NCBI GenBank assembly: GCA_050943055.1
Contig: JBMNOL010000001.1
Span: 15,750 to 79,749, forward strand
DNA: 64,000 nucleotides
Origin: Patescibacteria group bacterium
GTDB lineage: Bacteria > Patescibacteriota > Patescibacteriia > Patescibacteriales > UBA12465
Direction of reading: 5' to 3'
Below the pieces are notes generated by a model, which did no database searches, was not told the DNA's origin, and saw only the letters and a list, made by a program, of their open reading frames with translations. Position numbers and translations under genes: made by a program. Shown here piece by piece: positions 27,719-36,504 of the stretch; position 1 is the stretch's first letter; every line of letters begins with the position of its first letter.

Positions 27719-28400
27719 ATCTGGTTTTTGTTCCCGCCGGCAAGCGGAAGCGGCCATAAAACGTGGTGAAGTAAAAGTCAACGGAACTTTGGCTAAGCCT
27801 GGAGATTTAGCTTCGCCGACTGATAAAATTACCGTTCGCGGAAAAAAAATTGGCGCTCCGCAAGAAAAAATTTATTTAAAACTTAATAAGCCCAAGGGGT
27901 ATATCTGTACTAATCGCACCTTTGCTAATGAAAAAAATATTTTCTCACTTCTACCTGATAACATTAAGGGTTTATTTGCTGTCGGCCGCTTAGATAAAAA
28001 TAGCCAAGGTTTAATTATCTTAACTAATGATGGCGACTTAACCTTAAAGCTAACGCATCCGCGCTCCGGTCATACCAAGATCTATGAAGTAAAAACCCGA
28101 CCGAACCTGGAAGAAAAAATTATTAAAAGAATTCAGAATAATTTTATTAGCGGTATTCCTTTTGAAGAAGAGGAAGCTATTGCTAAAGCCCAAAAGGTTA
28201 CTTATTTAGGCGAAGGTGCTTTTGAGGTAGTCTTAGCCGAAGGGAAAAAGCGCCAAATCAGAAGAATGTTTGAAGCTTGTGGCGTAAAAGTTTCCAACCT
28301 TAAAAGAACAACTTTTGCCGGCCTGAAATTGGGCGGTTTAGCGGAAGGACAATGGGGCTACTTAAGCAAAGATGAGGTTGCCAAACTGCGCGGCTTATAA
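27687..28400 (+). CDS. RsuA/RluB-family rRNA pseudouridine synthase
   Basis: S4 domain (SRRQAE), NKPKG, VGRLD, EGKKRQIRRM. Confidence 0.92.
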   Translation: MEKILQKVIAESGFCSRRQAEAAIKRGEVKVNGTLAKPGDLASPTDKITVRGKKIGAPQEKIYLKLNKPKGYICTNRTFANEKNIFSLLPDNIKGLFAVGRLDKNSQGLIILTNDGDLTLKLTHPRSGHTKIYEVKTRPNLEEKIIKRIQNNFISGIPFEEEEAIAKAQKVTYLGEGAFEVVLAEGKKRQIRRMFEACGVKVSNLKRTTFAGLKLGGLAEGQWGYLSKDEVAKLRGL

Positions 28401-28418
28401 TAAGATAAAGGCGCTTAA

Positions 28419-28512
28419 GGAGGAGTCGCATAGCCCGGTTGATTGCGCCGCATTCGAAACGCGGTATACCCGTCAAAAGGTATCAAGGGTTCGAATCCCT
28501 TCTCCTCCGCCA
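28419..28512 (+). tRNA. tRNA-Ser (CGA), CCA encoded
   Basis: GGAGGAG/CTCCTCC acceptor, TTCGAAA anticodon loop, long variable arm, GCCA end. Confidence 0.92.
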
Positions 28513-28637
28513 AATTAAAACCTAATAAAATAAGAGTCTTTACCAGTTGACCAATGAGCATCAGAATAAGCGACCAGCTAATTCTGGTTTTCAAAATATG
28601 CGCATTTGGGATATACCAACAAAATCACTGTGCCATA

Positions 28638-28939
28638 AACATCTTTTCGCCGAACCAGCCGGAAGCAAAGACAAACAAGATATAAAAATTGATACCATCG
28701 CCAAACAAAAAGAACTCCTCAATAACAAGCCCTGCACTTGTAAATTTATCCCTCACCAAAAAAATAGCCACTAACAAAGGCCGAGCTAGTATTTAAATTA
28801 TTATTTAATATTTAAAAATATGAAAAAAAATACCCTTATTAAACAAGGCCTTCTCTACGCCTTCGGGGTTGTTGTCTATGTTTCACTCTTAAGCCTCTTT
28901 ATGGAAAATGCTTCCGGCTGGTTCGGCGAAAAGGATGTT
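28638..28939. repeat. Inverted repeat pair 28638-28667 / 28909-28939 (25 bp perfect)
   Basis: TGCTTCCGGCTGGTTCGGCGAAAAG(G)ATGTT inside CDS 28820 and its reverse complement upstream. Confidence 0.9.
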
Positions 28940-29137
28940 AGGGTAATAACTCCAGTGGCCGTTCTTTTGCTCTTTATTTTCTCCGCCTTAATCACTGGCG
29001 GCCTGGTTCTCGGAAAACCAATTTTACTTTATCTTGAGGGAAAGAAAAAAGAGGGCCTCGGTCAATTATTATCTACCGGCCTGAGCCTGTTTATCTTTCT
29101 CCTAATTGTTTTTTTGCTATTGTGGCTACAAAAATAA
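28820..29137 (+). CDS. Small 3-TM hypothetical membrane protein
   Basis: Three hydrophobic segments; AT-rich initiation region. Confidence 0.75.
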   Translation: MKKNTLIKQGLLYAFGVVVYVSLLSLFMENASGWFGEKDVRVITPVAVLLLFIFSALITGGLVLGKPILLYLEGKKKEGLGQLLSTGLSLFIFLLIVFLLLWLQK

Positions 29138-29259
29138 ACATTAATCCTATTTTTTAATAACCCCTAAAAAACACCCTCAGTAGTGTTTTTGTTTTTGTAA
29201 AAACGCCTTAAGTGCGATACAATTTAATTAGAGCTAGAGGCGGCACTAATCTTTTGAGG

Positions 29260-29296
29260 ATGTTACTTTCAGAAATAACTAGAGCCTACTATAATA
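29260..29296 (+). promoter_or_regulatory. Putative ECF-sigma promoter (TGTTACTTT...GCCTA)
   Basis: 27/37 ungapped identity to 33617-33653 upstream of the second ECF gene. Confidence 0.6.
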
Positions 29297-29364
29297 TCAC
29301 AACCCCTTGTGAGCGCTGGACGCTTCAATTAACAAAAATTTTACAAATTATAAAAAATAAAAGT

Positions 29365-30252
29365 ATGAAAAAACTAGGCACTCTCCTTATTTTATTGATT
29401 GTTTTTTTAGTTGCCTCTTTTATTATTATCCAGCAAAAAAACAACAGTAGTATAACTATTCTCTGGCCTAACGGTGGAGAAACTATCGAGGCGGGATCAA
29501 CTCAAATAATTAATTGGGGAACAAAAAACATCCCCGAAGGAAACAAAATTTCAATTTCCATCAAACGGGTTCTTACCGCTGATGAGGTGGTTGAAGAGCA
29601 AGAATTTGATCCGCTACTTTTTGTCGGCCTAGAAAATACTGGCACTATCGAATGGGAAGTGTCTGAGAGTTATCCTGAAGGTGATTATATATTAGAAATT
29701 AACAGCTACGAATCCTTACCGATGACTAACCCAATTAGCGATGAAAGTGACGCTGCTTTTAAAATTACTAAAAGTAATACCGTCGCCGATGACAGCTGGC
29801 TAACTTACAAAAACGAGAATTTTTCTTACCAAATAGATTATCCCCACAACCTGACCTTAAGAGAGTTTTCAGAAACAGGAACAGGGGCGGGTTTTATCAT
29901 CACTGATCAAGATCCAATTGACTGCCTGACGGTCTCGGCAAGAACCGCAGTCGGCCCGAAAGCTGAATTAACTTTTGACGATTATGTTAAGGAGGCGGCG
30001 ATTCAAGAAATTCAAGGCGTAACTGAATTAAATTCCATTGAAACTATTACTACTAATACTGGCGATTCGGTTTACAAAACCACCTGGAATTATAAAATGA
30101 CCGGTGACAATCAAGATAAAAATTTAGCAATTACTTACCTTGAAGGCCCAGGAATAGTGGGCGCTGAAAACTACAAGACTATTCAGTTAACTTTAAATGA
30201 TTCTCGCTGCGAAGATATCTATAACCAAATGTTGTTAACTCTTAGCAAATAA
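29365..30252 (+). CDS. Membrane-anchored surface protein with PNGGE Ig-like and PsbP-like domains (start reassigned to ATG 29365)
   Basis: N-terminal TM MKKLGTLL..., PNGGE, W.TY.N..FSYQIDYP, terminal IYNQML.TL. Confidence 0.7.
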   Translation: MKKLGTLLILLIVFLVASFIIIQQKNNSSITILWPNGGETIEAGSTQIINWGTKNIPEGNKISISIKRVLTADEVVEEQEFDPLLFVGLENTGTIEWEVSESYPEGDYILEINSYESLPMTNPISDESDAAFKITKSNTVADDSWLTYKNENFSYQIDYPHNLTLREFSETGTGAGFIITDQDPIDCLTVSARTAVGPKAELTFDDYVKEAAIQEIQGVTELNSIETITTNTGDSVYKTTWNYKMTGDNQDKNLAITYLEGPGIVGAENYKTIQLTLNDSRCEDIYNQMLLTLSK

Positions 30253-30305
30253 AAACGTCAACGACAGATAAAAAACCCTTCATATTATATGAAGGGTTTT
30301 TGTGT

Positions 30306-31109
30306 TTACAACACTGTTTCACCGTCCCACTCTTCGATCACATCAAAAGTGATTTTAGCACCGCCAAGATCCGAGCCATCACTGTTACCGCCGAGGAGTT
30401 TAGTAATTACTTTATATCTCCGGTTTGGTTGGATATTAACAGTGCGAGAATAGCGATCATAATCTTGGTTAGATAAATTAGAGTGAAGAGTAACCTCAAT
30501 CTTTACGTTTTCCGCCGGAAAAACGAAATTAAAGTTGTTATCACCGGTAACTGCTGTCCATTTTTTAGACGAGGAAAAATTCCAGGTGGTTAAATCTAAA
30601 GAAGTTGGTGAAGAAACACTCGCTTTAATCGTAATCCAGGGAAATAATTTTAAGCCGTCACTTTTGATAATTTCAATTGCCGAAACCATTCTTTTTAACA
30701 CTACGGTGACTTCCGTGCCTGTTTCTAAAACATTAAGGGCGTAATCGGTGTGGTAAAAATGTTGAGAGCTTAAATCTGTAATTAGCAAAGGGTTTTTATA
30801 GGTTTCTGAACAAACAAACCGGCAATTATAATTGCCTGGGAAAAGCTCCAAATTCAACCCCTGGCTTCTTTGGCAATCACCTTCTAGAGCAATTTTTCCA
30901 GAAGTAGCCTCAGTAATTACATAATGCAAGTTTTGTGGAGCAGCTGTTTCGCTCATAGCCGAACGTAAACCGCCTTCTTCCACCACCAATCCACTGAAAC
31001 TAAATTTAACAGGAACCTTTTTAGTCAACTCTGGAATCTCATCTTTAGAACAAGACACCAAAAATACTAAACAAACTAATAATACATTTCTTGCATTGTT
31101 TTTTTTCAT
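30306..31109 (-). CDS. Bacteroidota-style lipoprotein, possibly FimB/Mfa2-like
   Basis: Lipobox FLVS-C followed by SKDE; VVLKRMVSAIEI and IQPNRRY.V resemble type V pilin motifs. Confidence 0.6.
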   Translation of the reverse strand: MKKNNARNVLLVCLVFLVSCSKDEIPELTKKVPVKFSFSGLVVEEGGLRSAMSETAAPQNLHYVITEATSGKIALEGDCQRSQGLNLELFPGNYNCRFVCSETYKNPLLITDLSSQHFYHTDYALNVLETGTEVTVVLKRMVSAIEIIKSDGLKLFPWITIKASVSSPTSLDLTTWNFSSSKKWTAVTGDNNFNFVFPAENVKIEVTLHSNLSNQDYDRYSRTVNIQPNRRYKVITKLLGGNSDGSDLGGAKITFDVIEEWDGETVL

Positions 31110-31127
31110 TTCTTAAATTATTTTTTT

Positions 31128-31258
31128 TCTAGACCAGAATTAGTCGTAGCTAAAAAACCTCAAATACTTCAGGCCTTATAGCTACTACCAAGGGTCTAGC
31201 GCTTGTTAAAGAACTAAAAAACCTTATTCAAGATAGCAAAATAAAATGATTTAGTCAA
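31128..31258 (-). promoter_or_regulatory. Sigma70 promoter, boxA (AGTTCTTTAACAA) and long leader hairpin
   Basis: TTGACT(31258-53)-17-TATCTT(31235-30); boxA 31215-31203; hairpin CTAGACC..GTAGCTA/TAGCTAC..GGTCTAG. Confidence 0.7.
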
Positions 31259-31351
31259 CCCCCACGGTTGCTTTCAAGCACCCTTAATTTAACTGCACAG
31301 CAGCAAGAACCAAAAAACACTCCCGTTTGGGGAGTATTTTAATTATTATTT

Positions 31352-31969
31352 TTAATAGCCCAAACTTTCCTTAACAATTAAGACACGCACCTTTCGGCCC
31401 ATAAAATTAGGTTCTCGATTTAAGAGCAAGACTTTAGAAGGATAAGTGCCAACTCCTTGAGTGGCTTGCATCCGCTCTTCCTCTAAAGGAATTACATGTT
31501 CCTCTAAGCGCTTCCAAGCCTCCGAGACTGTGGGTACAATCTTTTGAGAGCCAACTACTAAAATTAAATTATTAGAAGTGGAAACTAGGTGTGGTAATTG
31601 GCTGCCGGAATTAGAAGCAATTAGAAGCTCCCCATCTTCGGTTAGAGCGTGAACTGAGCCTAAATAAAATTCGGACACCAAGGCTTGTTTTCTCATTTCC
31701 TGCTGTTCGGTGGGATCGCTAATCGCTAAAATATCGGCATGTAAATTTTTCCAACCATGCTCACCACTTTTTAAATAATCAACAAAACCGATTTCTTCCA
31801 AAGTGCGGGAAGAGCCATTCATCACTGAAGATTCAGGAGTAATTAATTCTTTAATTCTTTCAAGAGCCGCCTCCTTGGTGTTTATTAATTCTGGTAAAAA
31901 TCCGCGCTCCTTCAAAGCGCCCATTGTTTTTTCAACTACCTGCGGAGAAGCTAAATTATTATAAGTCAT
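31352..31969 (-). CDS. LUD-domain (LutC/YkgG-like) protein
   Basis: GSSRTLEEIG, YLGSVHALTEDGEL....SG, VVGSQKIV. Confidence 0.85.
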   Translation of the reverse strand: MTYNNLASPQVVEKTMGALKERGFLPELINTKEAALERIKELITPESSVMNGSSRTLEEIGFVDYLKSGEHGWKNLHADILAISDPTEQQEMRKQALVSEFYLGSVHALTEDGELLIASNSGSQLPHLVSTSNNLILVVGSQKIVPTVSEAWKRLEEHVIPLEEERMQATQGVGTYPSKVLLLNREPNFMGRKVRVLIVKESLGY

Positions 31970-32007
31970 ATTTGTTTTATTTTAAATTTTTCTAAAGACT
32001 GTCTTTC

Positions 32008-32036
32008 AGTATATACCCCCTGGGGGTATTAGTCAA
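32008..32036 (-). promoter_or_regulatory. Sigma70 promoter with CsoR/RcnR-type operator in its spacer
   Basis: TTGACT-17-TATACT with palindrome ATACCCCC-T-GGGGGTAT at 32013-32029. Confidence 0.75.
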
Positions 32037-32095
32037 GAGAAAGACTTCTAATCGGCCCTTAATAAAAGCTCAGGAATAAATCCTGAGCTAAAGGG

Positions 32096-32169
32096 CGGAA
32101 TGGACGGGACTCGAACCCGCGACCTCCTGCGTGACAGGCAGGCGCTCTAACCAGCTGAGCTACCACTCC
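32096..32169 (-). tRNA. tRNA-Asp (GUC)
   Basis: GGAGTGG/CCATTCC acceptor; CCTGC-CTGTCAC-GCAGG. Confidence 0.95.
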
Positions 32170-32331
32170 TAATTTTTGAAAAAAGGCCGCCTTCTTAGAA
32201 GTCGGCAAAGAAATGATAGCAAAAGAATCTTTGCCTTGTCAAACCCCTTTTTTTATCCTACAATAATTTTGTTCTTGATCTAACTCTTTTTATAATAAAA
32301 GCGATTTTTTCAAGAACTTAGTCTAAAATAT

Positions 32332-32715
32332 ATGGAAAAAGAACTGACTCCACAAGAGATTGAAAAAATCAAAAAAAACCTAAGCGCCCGACGCGCCGAG
32401 TTGATGGCGGACATGGAGGAAAAATCTCGACTAAACCCCAACGAGGCCGATAATTTGAGCTCTAAATTTCCGGAATACGGCGACAAACCGGATGAAAATG
32501 CCCAAGAGATAATGGATTATTCCACTGATTTAGCGACTGAGCAAATTTTAGAAAAAACTTTAATTGAAATTGATGGTGCTTTAAAGAGAATTGAAAATGG
32601 AACTTATGGCATCTGCCGTTACTGTAAAAAACCCATTGGCGCTAAACGTCTAATGGCTCGTCCAGTAGCTAGTTCTTGTATTTCCTGCAAAACCGAGCTC
32701 CAAGAAAATGAATAA
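32332..32715 (+). CDS. DksA/TraR-family C4 zinc-finger protein
   Basis: ALKRIENGTYGICRYC..PI...RL.A.P....CISC. Confidence 0.92.
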   Translation: MEKELTPQEIEKIKKNLSARRAELMADMEEKSRLNPNEADNLSSKFPEYGDKPDENAQEIMDYSTDLATEQILEKTLIEIDGALKRIENGTYGICRYCKKPIGAKRLMARPVASSCISCKTELQENE

Positions 32716-33187
32716 AATACTCGCTAGAGATAAATTTAGCCATATAGCCTGGTTTCTAACCTTGGCTATATTTTTTTTAAGCGACCGGTGGTTTAAGCGT
32801 TTAAGCTTGAGCGAAATTGACCTTGTTTTGATTCCTGAATTTTTAAATTTTAAATTTTTCGCTAACAAAAACATCGCCTTTTCTCTACCCCTTGAGGGCG
32901 CCTGGCTTACTTTTATTATTACCTTAATTATAGGCTTTTTACTTTTTTATTTTCTCCGTTTTTACTGGGACTTAAATAAGACAACATTTTTTGGCTTAGA
33001 AGCTGTGATTACTGGCGCCTTAAGTAATTTAATTGACCGCTTTACCCATGGTTTTGTGATTGATTATCTCAATTTAAGGTACTTTACCATCTTTAATGTA
33101 GCCGATATTTTAATTGTGAGCGGAACAGTTCTTATCTTTTGGGGGCTAATAAAAGAAAATCGACAAAACGCGAATCAACTTAAATAG
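32708..33187 (+). CDS. lspA: Lipoprotein signal peptidase II
   Basis: N..IAFS, GALSNLIDR, VIDY, FNVAD. Confidence 0.93.
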   Translation: MNKILARDKFSHIAWFLTLAIFFLSDRWFKRLSLSEIDLVLIPEFLNFKFFANKNIAFSLPLEGAWLTFIITLIIGFLLFYFLRFYWDLNKTTFFGLEAVITGALSNLIDRFTHGFVIDYLNLRYFTIFNVADILIVSGTVLIFWGLIKENRQNANQLK

Positions 33188-33611
33188 TTTGTTTTTTTTG
33201 ATAAATTTTGAGCTCTCGTCCCGCGGCCGTATTTTTAAATTTAACCTTTATTGCTCCGCGCGGTTTTAAATCAACAACCAAGTCGGCCCATTCAATAACC
33301 GTGACGGTTGTTGGTGAATTTAAATAGTCTTTAATTCCCAGATCTAATAAATCTTGAGCGGACTGTAGACGATAAGCATCAACATGGCATAGATTAAGAC
33401 GACGCCCCTCATAAATCTTCATGATATTAAAGGTTGGGCTAGTAACCACACTCTTAACACCAAGGCCGCGGGCCAACCCCTTAGTTAAGTAGGTTTTGCC
33501 GGCCCCTAATTCACCAACTAATAAAAAAACCTCGCCTCCACGACAAGTCGCCCCCAGGCGCCTCCCCAAAGATTCTGTCTCCTCGGGGGTTTTGGTGATT
33601 ATTTTCTCCAT
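33180..33611 (-). CDS. tsaE: tRNA threonylcarbamoyladenosine biosynthesis ATPase TsaE
   Basis: GELGAGKT, VTSPTF, HVDAYRL, IEWAD. Confidence 0.95.
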   Translation of the reverse strand: MEKIITKTPEETESLGRRLGATCRGGEVFLLVGELGAGKTYLTKGLARGLGVKSVVTSPTFNIMKIYEGRRLNLCHVDAYRLQSAQDLLDLGIKDYLNSPTTVTVIEWADLVVDLKPRGAIKVKFKNTAAGRELKIYQKKQTI

Positions 33612-33616
33612 AATTA

Positions 33617-33653
33617 ATGTTACTTTTAGAAACAGTCTCTGTCTATTATAATA
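33617..33653 (+). promoter_or_regulatory. Putative autoregulatory ECF promoter (TGTTACTTT...GTCTA)
   Basis: Directly upstream of the ECF gene; repeated at 29260-29296. Confidence 0.6.
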
Positions 33654-33662
33654 GAATAAGTT

Positions 33663-34199
33663 ATGGCCAGCAACTTTAATTCAACCACGACTACCGCCGC
33701 TTTTGACAAGCTGTACGCGGATTACATTGAAGCTATTTACAACTTCTTGTTTTATAAAACTTTAAACCGCGAGACGGCCGCTGATTTAACCCAAGAAGTA
33801 TTTTTAAAAGCCTGGCGGAGTTTAGAAAAAGCTCAAGTTAAAAATCCTAAGGCCTGGCTCTACACTATCAGCCGTCACACCGTAGCTGATTACTACAAAA
33901 ACTTAAAACCCCAAGCAAATATTGATGATTTTTGGGACCTGGCTGATTCTAACGACCTTTTAGAAAAACTTGATCAGAAATTAGCGGGGGAGAAAGTCGT
34001 TCAGACTTTAAAAAGTTTATCGAGCAGTGATCGCGACCTTCTAATTATGCGTTTTTGGTTGGACTTACCCTTTGCCGAAATTGCACTTCATTTAGACAAG
34101 AAAGAAGGAGCGGTTAAAATGGCTTGCGCGCGTGCCCTTAAAAAAATGCAAGCCGAGGTGCCGCTGATTTGTTTCTTACTCTTAGCGACTCAACTATGA
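33663..34199 (+). CDS. ECF RNA polymerase sigma factor
   Basis: AADLTQEVFLKAW, AWLYTISRH, EIA..L....GAVK....RALKK. Confidence 0.92.
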   Translation: MASNFNSTTTTAAFDKLYADYIEAIYNFLFYKTLNRETAADLTQEVFLKAWRSLEKAQVKNPKAWLYTISRHTVADYYKNLKPQANIDDFWDLADSNDLLEKLDQKLAGEKVVQTLKSLSSSDRDLLIMRFWLDLPFAEIALHLDKKEGAVKMACARALKKMQAEVPLICFLLLATQL

Positions 34200-35824
34200 A
34201 ATCTATGACTACAAAAAAAATAAGCCAATGGTTGGAAGAATTATATGAATTTGACCCGGGCCTAAAAGAACACGAAACGGCTTTACGCCGATTAATTCCC
34301 GAAATGATTGCCGCTAAACCTGAATCTGGTTTTAGCCCCGAATTAGCTCAAAAAATTAAAACTCGCCTCGAGCGAGACCTTAAAAAAATTAATTATAAAC
34401 CTATGCCCGAAAAAAGAATGCCTATTTGGCGGCCAATCTTAGTTTGGTCAACCGGGGTAATGGCGATGCTCTTTTTAGCCATCACCATCTACCAAGTTAT
34501 ACCTAGTAGTAATATTCAGTTAGCGACCAAAAATCCAGAAACGGGAATTAAGAAAGTGGCCGCCTCCGCTTTTGGCCCTTTAAACTCTCAAGGAGGTTCT
34601 ACTGTTGCCGATGCCCGAACCGTCGGTGGTTTAGGTGGTAACAATAATGCTGTTAGTCAAAGTGCCCCTCTAACAAAAGAATTATTGGTAACCACTTCAG
34701 AGACCCTAATAACTGCTGCTGAGCCGGTAGCAACCATGGAAGCCGATGCGCTCACCTCCTTAGATGCGGTGGGGATGGGTAGTGGCGGTTCAGAATTTAG
34801 TCAAGAAAAAATGATGATCATGCCGATTACTAATTATCGCTTTAGCTACCAAGGCGAACCTTTGGACTTAAGTAATATTAGTAATACTGTTTATAAGCGT
34901 ATCAAAGGCCAAAATGGTTTTGCTGTAGCCGGTCTACTTAGCGGTTTAAAAATTGACACCATCAATTTAAACTCTTTAACTAACCTTAAAGCAACCTACC
35001 TTTCCTTAGCTGAAGATAAGCCTTTTGGTTTAACCGCTTCTTTTGATTTTAATGAAGATTCTGTTTCTCTTTATTCAAATTGGGAGAGATGGAGAAATCC
35101 CGAGAGAGATAATTGTCAGGACGAAACCTGCTGGAACCGTTTTCGAGTTAAATATGAAGATATCCCGGAAGATTCAGTCGCTATCGCCGCTACTACAGAA
35201 TTCTTAAATAATCTCGGTGTTGATCTTAGTCATTACGGGGAACCGAGTGTCAATAATTATTGGCGCCAGTGGTACGATCAGACTGAAGATAAAGCTAATT
35301 ATTATTTCCCGGAAACAGTAAGTGTGACCTACCCCTTATTAATTGAAGGGCAAGAAGTAAGCAACTCTTCCGGTGAACCAGATGGTCTTTTGGTTAGTTA
35401 CAATATTTTAGAAAAGAGAGTTTCTGATGCGGGCGCTTTCACTCCTTATAATTACGAAGCCTCGGAATACACCACTGAAACTAACTCTGATCGTTTAATT
35501 GGCTTAGCCGAAGCTGGGGGTTGGAACCAATCCGGTTATTACTTTGATCAAGGGGCAGAAGGGGTAGAAGTGATTAATAAAGAATTAGGTTTAGGTACTC
35601 CTCGGACAGGGCTGATTCGCTTCTGGAGCTATCAGAATAATACCAGTCAGGAATTATTTGCTCCCGCTTTAATCTTCCCTGTTCTTAATGCTCCGGCCGA
35701 CTACTATGGCTCAAAAAATATTGTTGTCCCGCTAACTGAAGACCTAATCACTGAAGTAGAGGAAAGAAACAACCAATACAATAATGTCGTAAAACCAATG
35801 CCGGCAATTGACTTGGCTCGTTAA
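34196..35824 (+). CDS. Single-TM protein with large extracytoplasmic domain, probable anti-sigma factor (start reassigned to ATG 34196)
   Basis: ATGA overlap with ECF stop; short cytoplasmic N-terminus, one TM, large C-terminal domain. Confidence 0.65.
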   Translation: MKSMTTKKISQWLEELYEFDPGLKEHETALRRLIPEMIAAKPESGFSPELAQKIKTRLERDLKKINYKPMPEKRMPIWRPILVWSTGVMAMLFLAITIYQVIPSSNIQLATKNPETGIKKVAASAFGPLNSQGGSTVADARTVGGLGGNNNAVSQSAPLTKELLVTTSETLITAAEPVATMEADALTSLDAVGMGSGGSEFSQEKMMIMPITNYRFSYQGEPLDLSNISNTVYKRIKGQNGFAVAGLLSGLKIDTINLNSLTNLKATYLSLAEDKPFGLTASFDFNEDSVSLYSNWERWRNPERDNCQDETCWNRFRVKYEDIPEDSVAIAATTEFLNNLGVDLSHYGEPSVNNYWRQWYDQTEDKANYYFPETVSVTYPLLIEGQEVSNSSGEPDGLLVSYNILEKRVSDAGAFTPYNYEASEYTTETNSDRLIGLAEAGGWNQSGYYFDQGAEGVEVINKELGLGTPRTGLIRFWSYQNNTSQELFAPALIFPVLNAPADYYGSKNIVVPLTEDLITEVEERNNQYNNVVKPMPAIDLAR

Positions 35825-35884
35825 AAGGTATTAGCAAAATAGTTAACAAAAAAGACAGATTATTAATCTGTCTTTTTTTATAAG

Positions 35885-35958
35885 TGGGCGCACAAGGACT
35901 CGAACCCTGGACCCCTTCGGTGTAAACGAAGTGCTCTAACCAACTGAGCTATGCGCCC
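35885..35958 (-). tRNA. tRNA-Val (UAC)
   Basis: GGGCGCA/TGCGCCC; CTTCG-TTTACAC-CGAAG. Confidence 0.95.
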
Positions 35959-35969
35959 TTAAATAAGGG

Positions 35970-36053
35970 TGGGCGAAAGAGGATTTGAACCTCCACGGCC
36001 TTGCGGCCACAAGCCCCTCAAGCTTGCGTGTCTACCAATTTCACCATCCGCCC
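35970..36053 (-). tRNA. tRNA-Leu (GAG)
   Basis: GGGCGGA/TTCGCCC; CAAGC-TTGAGGG-GCTTG; variable arm GGCCGCAAGGCC. Confidence 0.93.
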
Positions 36054-36075
36054 CCTCGCCCTTTCTTATTAAAAA

Positions 36076-36435
36076 CTAACGAAGAGTTGTTTCTTTTAAC
36101 TTTTTCTTGTAAGGCTTCTTTAGGTAATTCAACTTAGCCCGATTAACTTTAGCGATTTTTTTCACCTCAATTTTTGTAATCGTCGGCAAGTTAAGGGGAA
36201 AAATCTTTTCCACGCCCACGCCGTCCGAAACTTTACGAACAGTAATGGTCGCCCCTTTTTCCTTCTGATGTTTACGCGCAATAATAATGCCTTCAAAATA
36301 CTGAACGCGTTCTTTTTCTTCACCCTTAGAATTAAGTTCTTTAATTTTTTGATATATCCGAACCGTCATTCCTGGTTTCAGTTCTAAATCTTGCTCCATT
36401 GCCTTCTCGGCTAAAGTCGCCTTTTTTTCTACCAT
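36076..36435 (-). CDS. rplS: 50S ribosomal protein L19
   Basis: [40 protein letters not shown]. Confidence 0.96.
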   Translation of the reverse strand: MVEKKATLAEKAMEQDLELKPGMTVRIYQKIKELNSKGEEKERVQYFEGIIIARKHQKEKGATITVRKVSDGVGVEKIFPLNLPTITKIEVKKIAKVNRAKLNYLKKPYKKKLKETTLR

Positions 36436-36504
36436 ATTACTTAAAATTAGAAACGAAGCTAATGAGCCTCGCTTTGATTTTACAACTTAAAATCTCGCTT
36501 TATC

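Noticed and set aside
28547-28774. 75-aa plus-strand ORF
   Set aside because: TTG start and K/N/Q/H-rich composition typical of an antisense frame; region treated under the inverted-repeat finding
29212-29364. N-terminal extension of the 346-aa ORF
   Set aside because: Overlaps the putative ECF promoter; ATG 29365 gives a proper membrane anchor
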